A DNA stretch of 64,000 bases from a virus: positions 2,476 to 66,475 of IMG/VR virus record IMGVR_UViG_3300044998_000296. One strand, 5' to 3'. The notes under the pieces were generated by a model. The model was not told where the DNA came from. It was given only the letters and a program-made list of their open reading frames with translations, and ran no database searches. Below are positions 7,794 through 20,700 of this stretch, piece by piece. Position 1 is the first letter of the stretch; each line of letters opens with the position of its first letter. The position numbers were made by a program, and so were the translations under genes.

Positions 7794-8006
7794 GGATTTT
7801 GTGATGCCATTTGGGAAACCACCCACGTAAATGGATACTATCACCCATCTCAGCAACGATGCGTGATCTGCGGAGAATATCGGCACAAGATTTATTGCTC
7901 GCAGTGGCCCCGATGGAGAAAGGGCAAGCACCCTGCAAGCGAAGGCTGCGGGACATATTCTTCTGCGAACGTAAAAGCCACCAGTTCCGCCCCAACTACT
8001 ACTTGA
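7710..8006 (+). CDS. hypothetical Cys-containing protein, possibly degenerate
   Basis: CVICGE motif; runs from A6 into A7. The loop ATG at 7738 is out of frame with it, so the start is uncertain. Confidence 0.4.
   Translation: MRHSLPPKSYEQTKRPNGRLLSSTDLFKGFCDAIWETTHVNGYYHPSQQRCVICGEYRHKIYCSQWPRWRKGKHPASEGCGTYSSANVKATSSAPTTT
7964..7995 (-). mobile_element. attC-like half-site A7 (left arm only)
   Basis: tgcgAAC|gtaaaa|gccacca; upstream ORF reads through AAC as Asn as at other sites; no right arm seen. Confidence 0.45.
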
Positions 8007-8072
8007 ATACTAAAATGGACACAATTAGTAAATCAGACTCGACCGAAACGGAGCGCAAGCAAATTGAGACAT

Positions 8073-8762
8073 TTAACTAAGCGGCGACGGGTTATAAGGA
8101 AAAAGCGAAGGGTCAGTTTTTCTCCAGCACCACTCGGGAAACTCTTCTGCTCCGATCCCTTGTTCCCTTTCAACCAAGTTTAAGGCCTCCTCGGTGATCC
8201 AAACTTTGGTCCGCAAGTTGCATCCGCAACGGTCGCAGCTATGCAATCGGGGATCGGCTGAGGTTTCCAACCCTCCTTGCACGGCTCGGAACAAAGCTCC
8301 CAGTTCTCCACATCCCCAACAGTTGCCGATGGGGACATTGTGGGGACATTGCGAACAGATGGCCGCTCGCCGCTCGGCTTCTTCTCGACTTACGCAAACC
8401 GGGTTCCCCTTGCCCAGTTCCCCGGCAACCACGCGCACCGCTTTCCCAAAATTGATTAAGTCCCTCGGTCCTCGCCGCCAATCGCGCAGGGCCGGGGGAT
8501 TTTTTGCGTCGTCCGCGGACAAGAACTCACAACGTTCGCTGTGCTCCCCCAGTCCTCGTTGTTCCAAGGCTCGGCAGATTTGTTCTTCGACCAAGCGGCG
8601 CAAGTTCGGCGGCACTTCCAGTCCGTTGGCATAGCGATACTGCTCTACTTGGGAGATCAACCCTTTGAACGTAGCCCCCCGAACTATCTGTCCATCTTCC
8701 TGCACAGCTTCCCATCCACGCCTCGGGACTAGCGAAGGGTCTTTGAGTTTCCGCGTGGGCAT
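8073..8762 (-). CDS. Cys-rich hypothetical protein, last gene of late operon
   Basis: RAAICSQCPHN, CWGC, CDRCGCNL...CW motifs. Confidence 0.75.
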   Translation of the reverse strand: MPTRKLKDPSLVPRRGWEAVQEDGQIVRGATFKGLISQVEQYRYANGLEVPPNLRRLVEEQICRALEQRGLGEHSERCEFLSADDAKNPPALRDWRRGPRDLINFGKAVRVVAGELGKGNPVCVSREEAERRAAICSQCPHNVPIGNCWGCGELGALFRAVQGGLETSADPRLHSCDRCGCNLRTKVWITEEALNLVEREQGIGAEEFPEWCWRKTDPSLFPYNPSPLS

Positions 8763-8775
8763 CGGGCGTCAAATT

Positions 8776-11700
8776 TTAGTCCTCTAACGCGGCCTTTTCC
8801 CAGTGCCAGCGGTCTCTGGTTTTGATTGCCCGTGACTTGTTCCCCCGGGACACCCCCATTTCGTCCTCCATTTGGCTCCAGGCAATCTGGGCCGCAGCCG
8901 TGCCAAACTTCCCGAGGATTTCTTTGGCAATCTCGCGTTGCATAGGTCCGTCTTTGGCCAGCTCGGTCAGGTAGCGGACTTGGTCCGGGTCTAAAAATTC
9001 GCGCATGGTCTCGCCGTAGAGTTCATTATAGCGGCGGGTTTCTTCGGGCTTGGCTGGGCGGACCCCCATTCGGGTAGAATCATCCGCGATGACTTCCCGG
9101 CGCGGGGGTGGGACGACCAACCCGGCTTCCGCTAAAGGCCCCAAGATCGGGTGGAAGTTGGTTGTCGAGAAGAACCGTCCGAAGAGAATGTCCTCGGTGC
9201 GAAGTTCCACAGGTTCGGCCAGAACATTGATGGCGGGTTTGTTGGCCAGCATTTGACCCATAGGCAAAGCCGCCATAGTGGCTGCTAAAGGGCCTGAGGT
9301 CGAATCGTAGCGTTGTTTGGAGACTAGCTCTTCGACCATCTTCGTCATCCCCGGGTTGAGGAATGGTCCCACGGCACTTCGGTATTGATTAAGCAGCAAG
9401 CGTCCCCCTTCTTCGGTTTCTCCTTTCGAGTAAGCCGATACGGTTTCCAGCATATTGAACAAGCCGCTCATCATTTCACGGTCCAGCAGCAAGGCCGCCC
9501 CGCTAAGGAAGCCCCCTCCCCAGATTGCCGCCGCCTCGTTGGGTTCGTAATCCCCGTAGAGAACTTTGTCTGAAATAGCCCCGGCAAAGGTCAGGGCCAG
9601 CGAAACCCCTGGAAGGTCCTTGTAAGGAATCCAGACAGCCGAGTCACCGAAACCAATACGGATATGCTGCGGCTTGAAAATCCCGGCTTCGCGCAAGGCT
9701 CGGCGGGTGCGCAGGTCTTGATGGCCTTCCCCGTAAATCCTAATGAAAGGCTCGCGTCCTTCCTCCCGGTCTCGAAAAGCCGCTGCTACCAAGGCCGCCA
9801 AGGCTCCCCATACGGCGGTTCCTGCCGCTGCCCGCACCAAGGCCGCGTAGTATTCCGGGCTGCCCTTTTCGTAGGTCTGGAAGTTCTCGGCAAATTGTTT
9901 GAACCCGGGGAGAGCTTTGGCCAAAGCGGACGATAGGGTTCCTTGGCCTCCCCGCAAAGCCCGGACAAATCCATAAGGGCCGAACTCCAGCCCGTAGTTT
10001 AACAGGTTCGACAGCGTCCGCATGAAGCTTCCATACTGTGCGCCTGCCGGACCCCCGAAGCCGAGAGCCAATTTTCCCCACGACATGGCCAGCAATCCGA
10101 GAACTCCGTAGGCTTCCCCGTTGAAGGTTGCCTTGGCTGCAAAGTCCCGGACCAAGACTTCGTTGGCGTGGCCTCCGAGAAGCTCACGCTCGACGAGTTG
10201 TTCCAAACGGCGGGAGCGCAAGACCCGGTGCGACGGAGTTCCTTTGATTCCAAATTGCCCCTCGGCATCTTCGTTTGCCACTACTTGCTTGGCCTGTTCC
10301 ACGATTGCCGCCATAACCTCCTCGGTTAGTTTGGGCTGCGTCCCGAGAGCCTCGGCAGTTCTGCGAATCAGCAGCATCTTGGTGCTGGCTCCAATCCCGC
10401 TGTTGATCGCGTCGGAAGCCATCATAAAGCGGGCAACCAGCTTGCGTCCGGCCAGGTAATTATCGCGCAACCGGGCCAAGTCTTTTGCCGCCAATGATCC
10501 TTTGCCTTGCAGGGCATGGACCAAAGCCAGCGTAGGATTGCGGAACTTCGACAGCTCGTAGCTTGCGAGCATCTGGACCCCGGCTCCGGCTATGCCCGGT
10601 AATCCTTTAGTCTGCAAAGCATCCATGAAGTTTTCCCCGGCTTGAGCCACGGCGGGTTCAAAGGTGAACGCTTCCAGCTCAGGCAGGGTTTCTAGCTTGT
10701 CGGTCTTAAAGCGAGACATCCCTTTGCCCACTGCCGACCAAGTTTCATCAAAGGCGCGACGGCTTGACCCATCCAAGTTCTTTCCAAAGGCCCGTCTCAG
10801 CCCGCCAACAATGTCCCCGAACGCCCCGTAAGCCTGCGCCCCCGGGACTCCCTGCCGCTGCATATACAAAGCGTGGCCCGCAGCAGAAAAGGCCGACTCC
10901 ATCTGCACTGCGGCAAACGAAGCTATGGCGTTGACCCCTTGAGTGCGGAGCCCCTGCAACACCCCGGCTTGCCAGACCAGCCCACTGATCTTCCACCAGC
11001 GAAACGCTTTGGAGAATCCCTTGGTTTCATCGAAGTGGGCCTTGAAAATTTTGAGCATCAATCGTTGCTCGGCTTCCCCTCGCTGAATCGAATTGTCCGA
11101 GAGAGCTTGCAAAGCCTGCGCGTCTCGCTCGATTTCGTCCGCTGTTTCCTTGTTGTAAGTGGGCAGTCCGTAGAAGGGAGCTAGCGCATTGTAAACGTCG
11201 GGCTTCTGGAAAGCCCCCATGTTGATGATCCCAAGCAGACGGTCCATGGTTTGCCGATGGGCCAAGACCTTGCGAAGCTCGATAGCTTTCTCGTCATTAC
11301 GTTTGGCAATGTCCCGGACCATCCGAGCCAACCCGGCTTCCGCTGCCTTGGAGACTTCATCCCGGTAAACCGCCACGGCAGCCGCAGCAATCTTGTCGCG
11401 TTGTTCTTGGCTGAGATGCGGGGCGGCGATGGCCAGATTGTTGGCAAAACTTTTCTCGGTCATTTCGCGGCTTTGCAAAGAGCGGCGGACTTCCTCCGTC
11501 AAGATCACGTTATGCAGCACGGCCTTGCGCAGTTTCTTGGCTCCTTCGGTATCAAAAATGTAGTCCGGATTCCATAGGCTCCGGTCGTTGACAAAGAGAC
11601 CGCTGTAAGGAGTGTCGGCATCGTTGCCTTCCATCAATACGTGGTCGAAGATGATCTTGGAAATTTCCATGATCGAGTCGGGGGCGGCCTCATCGGCTAC

Positions 11701-14700
11701 CTCGGCCCATAGAGCCAGAGCTTTTTGCATGTCAGACTGGGCAGACCCCTCGGCCTCGGCCCGTGCTTCCACCCGGCCACCTTGCAGCCGGGCTTCCAAG
11801 ACTCCATTGATCTGTCGTTGAGCCAGAGCCCGAGCCCGTTCTTCCACTGATCTCAAGGCGCGTTCTTTGGCGGCGGTATTCGGCACGGCTTCAAATTTAC
11901 GCAGCAGGTTATCGAAGACCTGAGCCACAATGACTTCCGTGGCGTGTTCCACGATTTGCACGTTAGTCATCCCCGCCTTTGCATCGGACAAAGCTTTGGA
12001 CAGGGCCGAGTTGGCTCGCACGCCTCGTTCGCTGGCCGTCTTGGGCAGGAAGCGACGGCTGGCCATTTCGATGACTCGGAGCATCCGCTCGTAAGTATTC
12101 CGGCTACCCGTGTCGTGGGCTCGTTCCAACTCGCCCATGATTTCTTTGACGGCTGGTTTGGCTCCCAGCGTTTCCGCTTGTCCTTTGATGGCCGGGTTCG
12201 TGTATTGCCGTCTCCAAGTGATCGGGTCAAAGAGATGCGAGACCATGCGGACATAGTTTAGCTCACTTCCCGCCATGCTGGACAGTTCGGCAAGCTGCGC
12301 GAGCATGGACGAAAGCGTTTCGTTGTAGAGATCGGCCAACATTTGTGCGCTGGCCCGGTCGGATTGGCTCAAAGAACTATCGGCGGCGTTGGCCAAAGCT
12401 TGAACGCGGCGGCTGGCTTCTTTGACTCGTTTAACGATATGCCCCAACGTAACAACTCGGTCGCCTCCGGTGAAACTGTGCTCCTGCATAGCTGCACGGA
12501 ACAGGGTATCATAGGAGAGGGGATCATCGGACGCCAGGGTTGGGTGAGCCTTGAAGTAGTCTTCGATGTAAGCGGTGGCGCGTTCGTTGATCGCGGCTTG
12601 CGTGTCCGGGATATACTGCACCGTATCCAAAGCTTTGGTGACGGGTTCCCATTCAGGCAGCGAGCGCAGGCGAGAGAACGCCGTGGTATTCTTGGCTGCC
12701 GCCCGATTGTAAAGGGTTGCCGTGGAAGCCGGGAACTGCGCTTGCACGGGTGCGCTGAAACGAATGTCGTTGCTATTCGAGTTAAACCGCTGCGAAAGCG
12801 GGATGACGTTGCCTTGCTCGTCGTAGGTTACAGGGTCGGGCAGTTTAACTCGCACGCTTTCACCGTTCGGTAAGACTGCTGAGACCGATCCTGCATCCTC
12901 GCCTTCGTTGATGTAGAACGCGCCTTTTTTACGCTTAATTTTACGATTTGCAGCATTATCAGAGATCGGGGAATTCCTTGTGTTGGTCATGCCTCCAACA
13001 ATTAGGACAGGACGCAACCAAGGTTTCCATTTAGGATTTACCAATACGCCATTCCCAAGGGTCGGCATTTTCTTTGGATAATAGTTTTCCGATGGAGCAT
13101 CCACGTTGTATCCAGTAAGTCGATATTTTCCAAATTTCCCCGTATTGATCAATTCTTTACCGGCCAGCAAAGTATCCCCATATTCCCGAGTTCCGTCCCA
13201 CCCCCTACCGTCCGCAGGTATTCCAATTCGAGCTTCCAGAGCCTCCATAGCCGCTTGCTTCGTCCCGACATGAAGCCCTGTTACCCCTCCCCGCAAGTCT
13301 CCGCTTGGAGTTCCATGCCAAAATGCGCCGATTGCCGCCAGTTTTTCATCCACCATGCGCTGCAACTCCTCGCGGTTTGCTTCGGGGTCTTTGGCAAGCT
13401 CAAGATAGCGAGCGTCTTGAGAGGTCTTTGCGCTCGCGCTGTATTGTAGAATCGGGGCATCCTTGTCCAAGGTGCGTTGATCGTCCGTAAGCTTGGTGAA
13501 CGCCTCCACCACGGCTTCCCCCGTAATCGCTTCATACAAGGAAGCCTCGTAAGAGTTTGCCAGGACAGGGGGAGCCGAACGGCTGAAACGAATGTCGTTG
13601 CTATCCGAGTTAAACCGCTGCGAAAGCGGGATGACGTTGCCTTGCTCGTCGTAGGTAACAGGATCGGCCAACTTTGCTTGCGATGATTTGAAAAAAACAA
13701 ACACGTCGCTTGGCGTATCATCGTCCATAGCGTCACGAGTGTTTTCCATAATAACTCCATCGTGGCCGCCAGCTATTGCTTCCTGTATTAGCTCTGAATA
13801 GCTTTTATCTTTGAAAGAACCCCCCTCGTAATCGTAAATTAAAGGGTTTTCGAACTTCAAATACAAATCGTGAACCACGCTTGACTTGAGTTTTTCTTGT
13901 CGAGCTTTTTCATATTTGGCAAGAACTTCGTCTAACTGCTTTTGGGCTTCTTCTATTTTGGCATCTTTTTCAGCTTGAGCTGCTTCAAGAGCATCCTCTT
14001 CATCCTCAAACACGGTTTCTTTTTTGCCAGTTTCATAGGGGTCATAGGGATCGGCTTCCCATTCATACGGTGATCCCCATTCATCATACGCTTTCAGTTT
14101 TCCAACAAACCCATTTTGTTCTGGATCAAACTCGGCAAACACTTCAATAGCCTCCGCTAATTCAAGTGCCCTTTCTGCATTTTCTAAGTTAAACCCAAGC
14201 GGACCAGTGTATCCAGCGTTGGCTTTTTCCCTCGCTGTCATACGGTATTGTTCGGCAACCTCTTTTTTGTTGGTTGCAAAAAAACCAAGCAATGCGGAAT
14301 TCGCGCCTGTTCTTTCTCCTTTTCTAAGAGGATCAAAAACCCAAAATGGTTTGTTAGGAGAGCCGTGATATGCTTTTTCAGTGTATCCAGCTCTTTTCGC
14401 CGTCGCATCCACCATGCGCTGCAACTCCTCGCGGTTTGCTTCGGGGTCTTTGGCAAGCTCAAGATAGCGAGCGTCTTTCGGCGTTGCTACGCTCGCGCTG
14501 AGACGAATGTCGTTGCTACCTTCATTTGCCCATTGCGACGGAGGAATCAAGTTGCCGTTCTCGTCGCGGTTAAGCGGCTCGGCGGATTTGATTTGGTTGG
14601 GGTTGAAAACGGCATAGACCGTTGCTGGTCCGCCAAAGTCAAACATATTGGTGAACTTCACAAAGGACTTGCCTTCGCGTTTTGCACGGGAAATCACGCT

Positions 14701-17700
14701 GGCACGTTTTGAGTGTGCCAATCCTATTCTTGCAGCGGGGATTCCCTTGAAGTCGGAGGATGCTGGCTTATCACCGGGCTTCAGCATTACAGAGATGACA
14801 GTAGGCGACGGTTTTTCTCCTTTTGTCGGCGCAAGATTGGCGAAATTCTTCGCCATGTTTTTGTCTTCCGTGAACCAGAAGGCTTTGGCTGCTGTTCCCG
14901 TAGCTCCTTGGTTGGATACGTCAAATTCCGTGAACGTCCCGTTGGGTGTCCCATGATACGCCTTCACATCATACCCCGCCTCCCTAAGCACCTTCTCCCG
15001 CATCTCCTTCAACTCGGCATACGCTTCCGGGTTCTCGGCTTTCCACGCTTCAAGGTCGGTGTCCGGTGTGATCAATGCCGTCAGTTCGCTGAAACGAGTG
15101 TCTTGAGAACGGCTGATGTTGGGGTTTTCCAACGACAAGGCCGCTCTCCAATCACCAAGGTTTTCGGGCAACAGGGCCGCTTTTTGCACGGCAAACGGAC
15201 GCTCGGCGGGGGGTATGTTCCGCTTCGATCCGTCTTCGTTGTAATTCTGCGGCCCGAAATTGACCCATGAGTTTTGTCCCCTTGTTTCCGTGGTCAAAGC
15301 ACGCTGCGCCAAAGGGGAAAACATCTGGCTGTGCTTGATCCAGGCGTTTTCCTCTCCCCGAGGGCCGAACTGATAATCTTCGGCGGCGTGTCCGAACAAA
15401 TCGTGAATTGCCCGGAGCTTGTCGTTCATGGTCAGCCCATTCTCATCGGGCTGGTTCAAGAACGGGTGGGGTTCTCCTCCGGTAAAGAAATACAGCCGCT
15501 TGTTTTCCCGAACGTCGCGGACCATTTCCCGAGAACTGGCGTATGGCTGCCCCTCTTGGTTCCATTCGAGGAACGTAATGCCAAGCTCTTGCGTGGCAAA
15601 ATCCCACTGTTGTTGGATTTCTTCGGCCAGCTTGGCATACGCTTCCCGTGTCTCAGCCGAATCGTCAACGACGGGCAGGGATTCATACGCAGCGGCGATT
15701 TGCCGCGCCAAGGTTTCATTTACGGGAGCGTAGTGCTCCTCAATGGGGGGAGCTAACTTGTAGCGTTCGTTGTATCTTCGGACCCCTTCTCGGACGGCGG
15801 GGTTGGGTTCGGCGTTGGGCCGTAGGCTTTGTCTTGGCGTTCTGGACGGGGCTTCCATCCCTTCGGTGGACGGTGAAAGCCGTATTGGTCCTCCGATTCG
15901 GTTGAGTTCTCCTTCGAGGGTTTGATCTGCGAAGGTCTGAAGGGAATCAAAACTCCCGCTCCTTTCGGAAAGCAGCGTTCCCCTGGGTGGGGTTTTCTCC
16001 AAATTACTTTGCCCATAACGTGTGTTTTCTAATGGTTTGTTGGTTGCCGTTTGTTCAGTGGTGACTAATTCGGAACGGAAGTTGAACCCCGCCGCTTCTA
16101 ACTGGTAGTCCTTATCTTCGACCACTTGGGGAAGGATTTGTTCAATTCCTTTTTGGAAATCTTCATTTGTTACCTGCTCGCTCTTGTCCGTCTTAAACTG
16201 CGTGAAGTTCCCAAAGACCAGGGCATCTTCCATTCCCGTAAATCCTTCCGCTGCGGGAAAAGCGGAAGAGACGGCGTTAAAAACCTCGGCTCGTTCTTCA
16301 AAGGTAAGGGGTCTTGAGGGAATGACCTTCACAAAGAACCCTTGGTCCCCGTTGGTGGTGTCTTCTTCGTCAAAGACAACCACCGAGTTTTGCCGCAACA
16401 GCACCCCTGCCGCTATGGAGAACTCCTTGCGTTGGTCAAAAGATAGTTCGCCGGGGAAACTAACGATCATGGTTGGATTCGTTTTGCCCCAGAACCCACC
16501 AACGGCTATCTCGATTTCCGGAGCTGGCAGCCCCATGTCTTCAGCCAGTTTGTTCAGAACGGCGGGACCGACCCCACGGGTCGCTTCAAACTTCTGCTCG
16601 TCGGAAAGCTGGTTCCATTTTTCCACGGCCACCTTGTCTGTCGGGTTCGGGGCGACTTCGATGTTTGTCCCGGCAGCCGCGCTTAGACGCACGCCGCCAT
16701 CAAACAGGGCTTCCAGTTGCTCGATTTGGTTTTGCACGTCCCCCGCCGCTTTGTAATCCCCCGCAGCAATGAGACGCGCCCGCTTCTCCGCAAGGGCCTC
16801 TGCTTGCTCGATAATTTTTTCTTGAACATTTTCCGACAAAGTGTTGTCTATTGCTTCAGTCCGACTTTCAGGAAGGGGCTCTATGCCTTGAGGGCTCGGA
16901 GGGCTGGTGGCTTGTCCACCTTCTGCTTCCCTGTTTGCTTGCGCGTATCCAGCCTGATTGTCGGACTTCTTTTTTCTTGGGGCATTGTCTCCAATTCCGA
17001 CGACTGTGGCGGCAAGTGCCCGGCCCCTTTCCGGATTGGTGTCCGAGTATTGCGTCTCAAATAGGTTCCCGTTTTTACGCACTTCGACAAAGTGCCAACG
17101 CTGCCCGGTAGGAGAAGAAGGGTCCGTGTAAAGCTTGGCGTAAACCCACATAGGAATAACCGCCCGCACTCCGCTATCCTCGATTACCATGTCCCGCTCG
17201 CCCACGAAGTCTGCTTGACGTAAAGTCTGTGGGATCAAGCGGGCCGAGATGATTTTATTTGGCTTGGGAGTAACCCGGTCGTCTTCGGTTAAAGCGTGGA
17301 TTGCGCGGGCTTTTAATTGCGCCCGGACCCCATCCCACCGTTCGGTAGGGTTTCTTCGTCCCAGCTTGGTGGCGGTTGGTTCATCTGGCGAGTTAAGGTT
17401 CACTGTCCGCTTACCACGGGCGGGTAGTTGTCGAAAAGCTGGGTCGGAAATTTCATCCCCCAAAACCCGCAACGCTTCGTTGTATTGCCCCGGTGCGAAG
17501 AAACCCCTTGAAGGAATCTCTGGGATTGCGTTGGCCAAGACATTACGGAGCGTTTGTCCCTGGGCTTTGGCGAAAGGAATTGACACACTGAGGCGGGCGG
17601 CCTCTTCGTTCAATCTTTCTTCCCGGGCAGCCCGCGCCAAGGATTCCACCAGCGCGGGTTCGGCTACAGCCGTTTCGCCAAGGAACTCCCGCAGGAGCAC

Positions 17701-20700
17701 AGCGTCGTTGCCCCGAGCCCCGCCGCGCAGTTCGCGGAATTCTTTCATCCGGCCCAGCAGGTATTCCTGTTGCTCCGGGTCCGCTGATACTTCCTCGAAT
17801 GTTCTGCCGTTGAAATCCAAGAGGACATTGGCCTCAAGGAAAGCTCTTTGCATGGCTTGGTCGGTGAAGATTTCCGACTCCGAGGAGAGTCGCAGCCCTT
17901 CTTCCATGGCGCGTTGCAGCACGGAATCAAGGGCCACATTGCGTCCGGTCAACAGGCGGGAAATCAAATTGATAACCCGCTGCCAGATAGTCGAACTGCG
18001 TCCTTGAATCTCGGTAGTCACTCCGGCCAAGAAATCTTGCAGGGGTTTGTGGTTGATCGCTTCTTGGATAAACTCATGCAGCCCCCCTTCGTCATTGATC
18101 CCCCGGAAATTCCGATCCGAGTTGAGAATCCGCACGGCTTCGGCCCGGCTGACCTCGGCTCCTTCCATGATCTCCCGCAGCTTGGCATCACGGGCTTCCA
18201 GTCGCAGGGCATCCAGAATCCGTAAACCCTCCAAGTCTTCTCGGGTCAGTTGGTTGACGTTGCCACTAAGGTAAGCGGAAATTTTTGAGTCCAAGAGCGG
18301 GTGGACTGTTTCGTGGAGCACGGTCTGGGCCAGCAGACTTCCGCCCTCCACTCCGGGGCGTCCGGCCAACAAGCCCGGAGATACTTGAAGGACGTAGGAG
18401 CCATCGGGGCGACGGAACGAAGCCCCCTGCATAAGCGTTTCCGGTATGGCCCAGTTGAAGTTGAGCGATATGCGTGTGTTCTCGGGACGCCCGATCAAGT
18501 CCCCGATTAGCCGCACCCCTTGATTAAACTCCTGCTTCCGCATGAACTCCACGGGATCGTTTCCGTAGGTTTCGCGTAGACGGCGGTTGATTTCCCGTAA
18601 GGTTGGGGGGAACCCCGGGTCGTTTTCCAAGGCTATCAAGTCCTCGGGGCTCATCCGGGCCAGCCACGATTGGGCCGAAGCCTGTGGGACGTTCTGTTCG
18701 CGCATGGTCCGTTCGATCAGCTCGCTCAGGATCAGGCGGTTCATTTCGTTACCCCGGCTTTCTGCCAGTTGGAGTTGCAACAGAGTTTCCAGGCTGGGGT
18801 TTTCCGCAAGCTGTTGTTGTATGGACCCCGCCGCTGCCGTGCGGAGCATAAAGGTTTCCAGTCCGGCCAAATTCTCGGCGGCCAATACAGCGGGCGAAGC
18901 ATTACCCGCGTAAGACTCAGCCAGTTCGCGGGGGACGCTGGCCCGAAAGGTTTCGTTGAAAGCTTTCAGAAGCTCCGCACTCCGGGGTTGCAGCATCTTT
19001 TCAATAGCCGCAACCAATTCCGGTCGGGAGTTGGCCAAAGCCAATGTGCCCGGGTCTTGGTCGCCCACCAAAGCCCCGGCTGTTTCGGGACCAACCACGG
19101 CCCGCAAAGCTTTCTCCAACACAGACCGAAGGGCCTTCTCCGTAGCCGATGTTACAACCAGAGGAGATTGCGTATCGCTGACCAGTTGATTGGGCCGAAA
19201 CTGCACCGACAAGTTTTCCAACACCACGTTGATGGTGTCCCGGGTGTCTTCCACGACCCGACGACGCGAGCGGGAATCCGAGAACGAGTTATCGCGGAAA
19301 GCGGGTTGTTCGGTTGTTCCTTGCGGGAGTTCTAGCGCATCGGGGTCGGAGCCTTCCTCGCGTTCCAGGATAGTTTCTAGCGGGCGGTCATCCAAATTGG
19401 CGTCCCCTCGCTCGGCTTCCCGCCGCGCCCAGTCGTTGGCCCACCCACGGCCCTGTCGGTCAAGAATTTGCCACGAAACCACAGAACCGTTGCGAGTCTT
19501 TCGTTTGACGACACTGCCCGTCTCGTCAAAGTTTTTCAACAAGGCTCCCATGAGCGTTTCTTTTCCGGTGCTACGTTCGGGAGTGATCCGAGTCTCAAGC
19601 TCGGGAGAGAACAAATCGTTCAAGATCGCTTCGGGATTCTTGGCGGTGTAAGCCGTGTCCCCGTTTTTAATCGCGGAAATGACGCGGCCCGCTTTCTTCA
19701 CCGCCGCATTAACCTGCGCTTCAACGATTACATCCCACTCGGCTGGCGAGGTTTCTTGCGGTTTCCGCGCTTGGAGGTTCGCTTCAAGTCCTTGCCGGAA
19801 AACATCCAGGTATCCTCGCTCGGAGACAGGGGCCGGGTTTGTGCGGCTGCGTTCTGGTGTTTGTTGATTGCGTCGAGGAACCGTTGGGTTCTGGGTGACA
19901 GGCGGGGTTTGACGGCGTTGGGCATTGGTTGGCTTGGGAAGTTCAGCAAAAAAGCGGTCAATACTTTCCTGGCTTTCACCCCGTTCGATAAGCAGAGCGC
20001 GAATACGGGCTTGGGCCGCAGGATCGTTGGCCAGTTGTTGACGCAGTTCATTGACCCGAGCTGTTGCTGTTGGGTCTCCCGGGGGTGGGGTGTCCTGCTC
20101 GGTCGTGGGGGTGGGCGTTTGCGTGACACCTTCGATAGCAGACGGAGCTTCCGTCGTGGAGGTGGGCGTTTGCGTGACACCTTCGGTAACTGCTGCGGCT
20201 TCCGTCGTTGGGGGCGTCTGCTCGGTGGGGAGATTCTCGGATTGTGGCGGGGGCTCGGGGGCAGGGTTGATCGCGGATACCAAGGCTTCATCGCGTCCAC
20301 GCAACCAGGCAGCCACTCCTTCCGGGGAGAAATCTTGCAGGGCTTCCGGGTCGCCTTCAACCCGGGGAGTCCCCTCCGGGGTGAACATCCCTTCGTAGAG
20401 CGCGGAGACTTGTTCCGGGGAACGAAAGTTAATGTCAGACAGGGTATCGGACTCCAGTTCCACAGCCCTTTGGGCAATACGAAGCCGCATCATTTCCAAG
20501 GGAATCGCTCCACCCTCTCCGCTTTGCGTGTATTCTTTGGAAGCTTCAAAGAGAGCTGCTTCGGCCTCGGCCAACTTGGTTAGCGCGGCTTGCTCGCGGG
20601 CTTTGGCCAGCTCGGATACCGCCTGCTTCACTTCATTTCCACCGAGTTTTTCGGCAGCGTCCATCTGCATCTGGGTAGCCGCTTTGGCTACACGGACTTC

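Noticed and set aside
12754-14477. Diversity-generating retroelement TR/VR pair
   Set aside because: No reverse transcriptase gene, and repeat differences are few and not adenine-specific.
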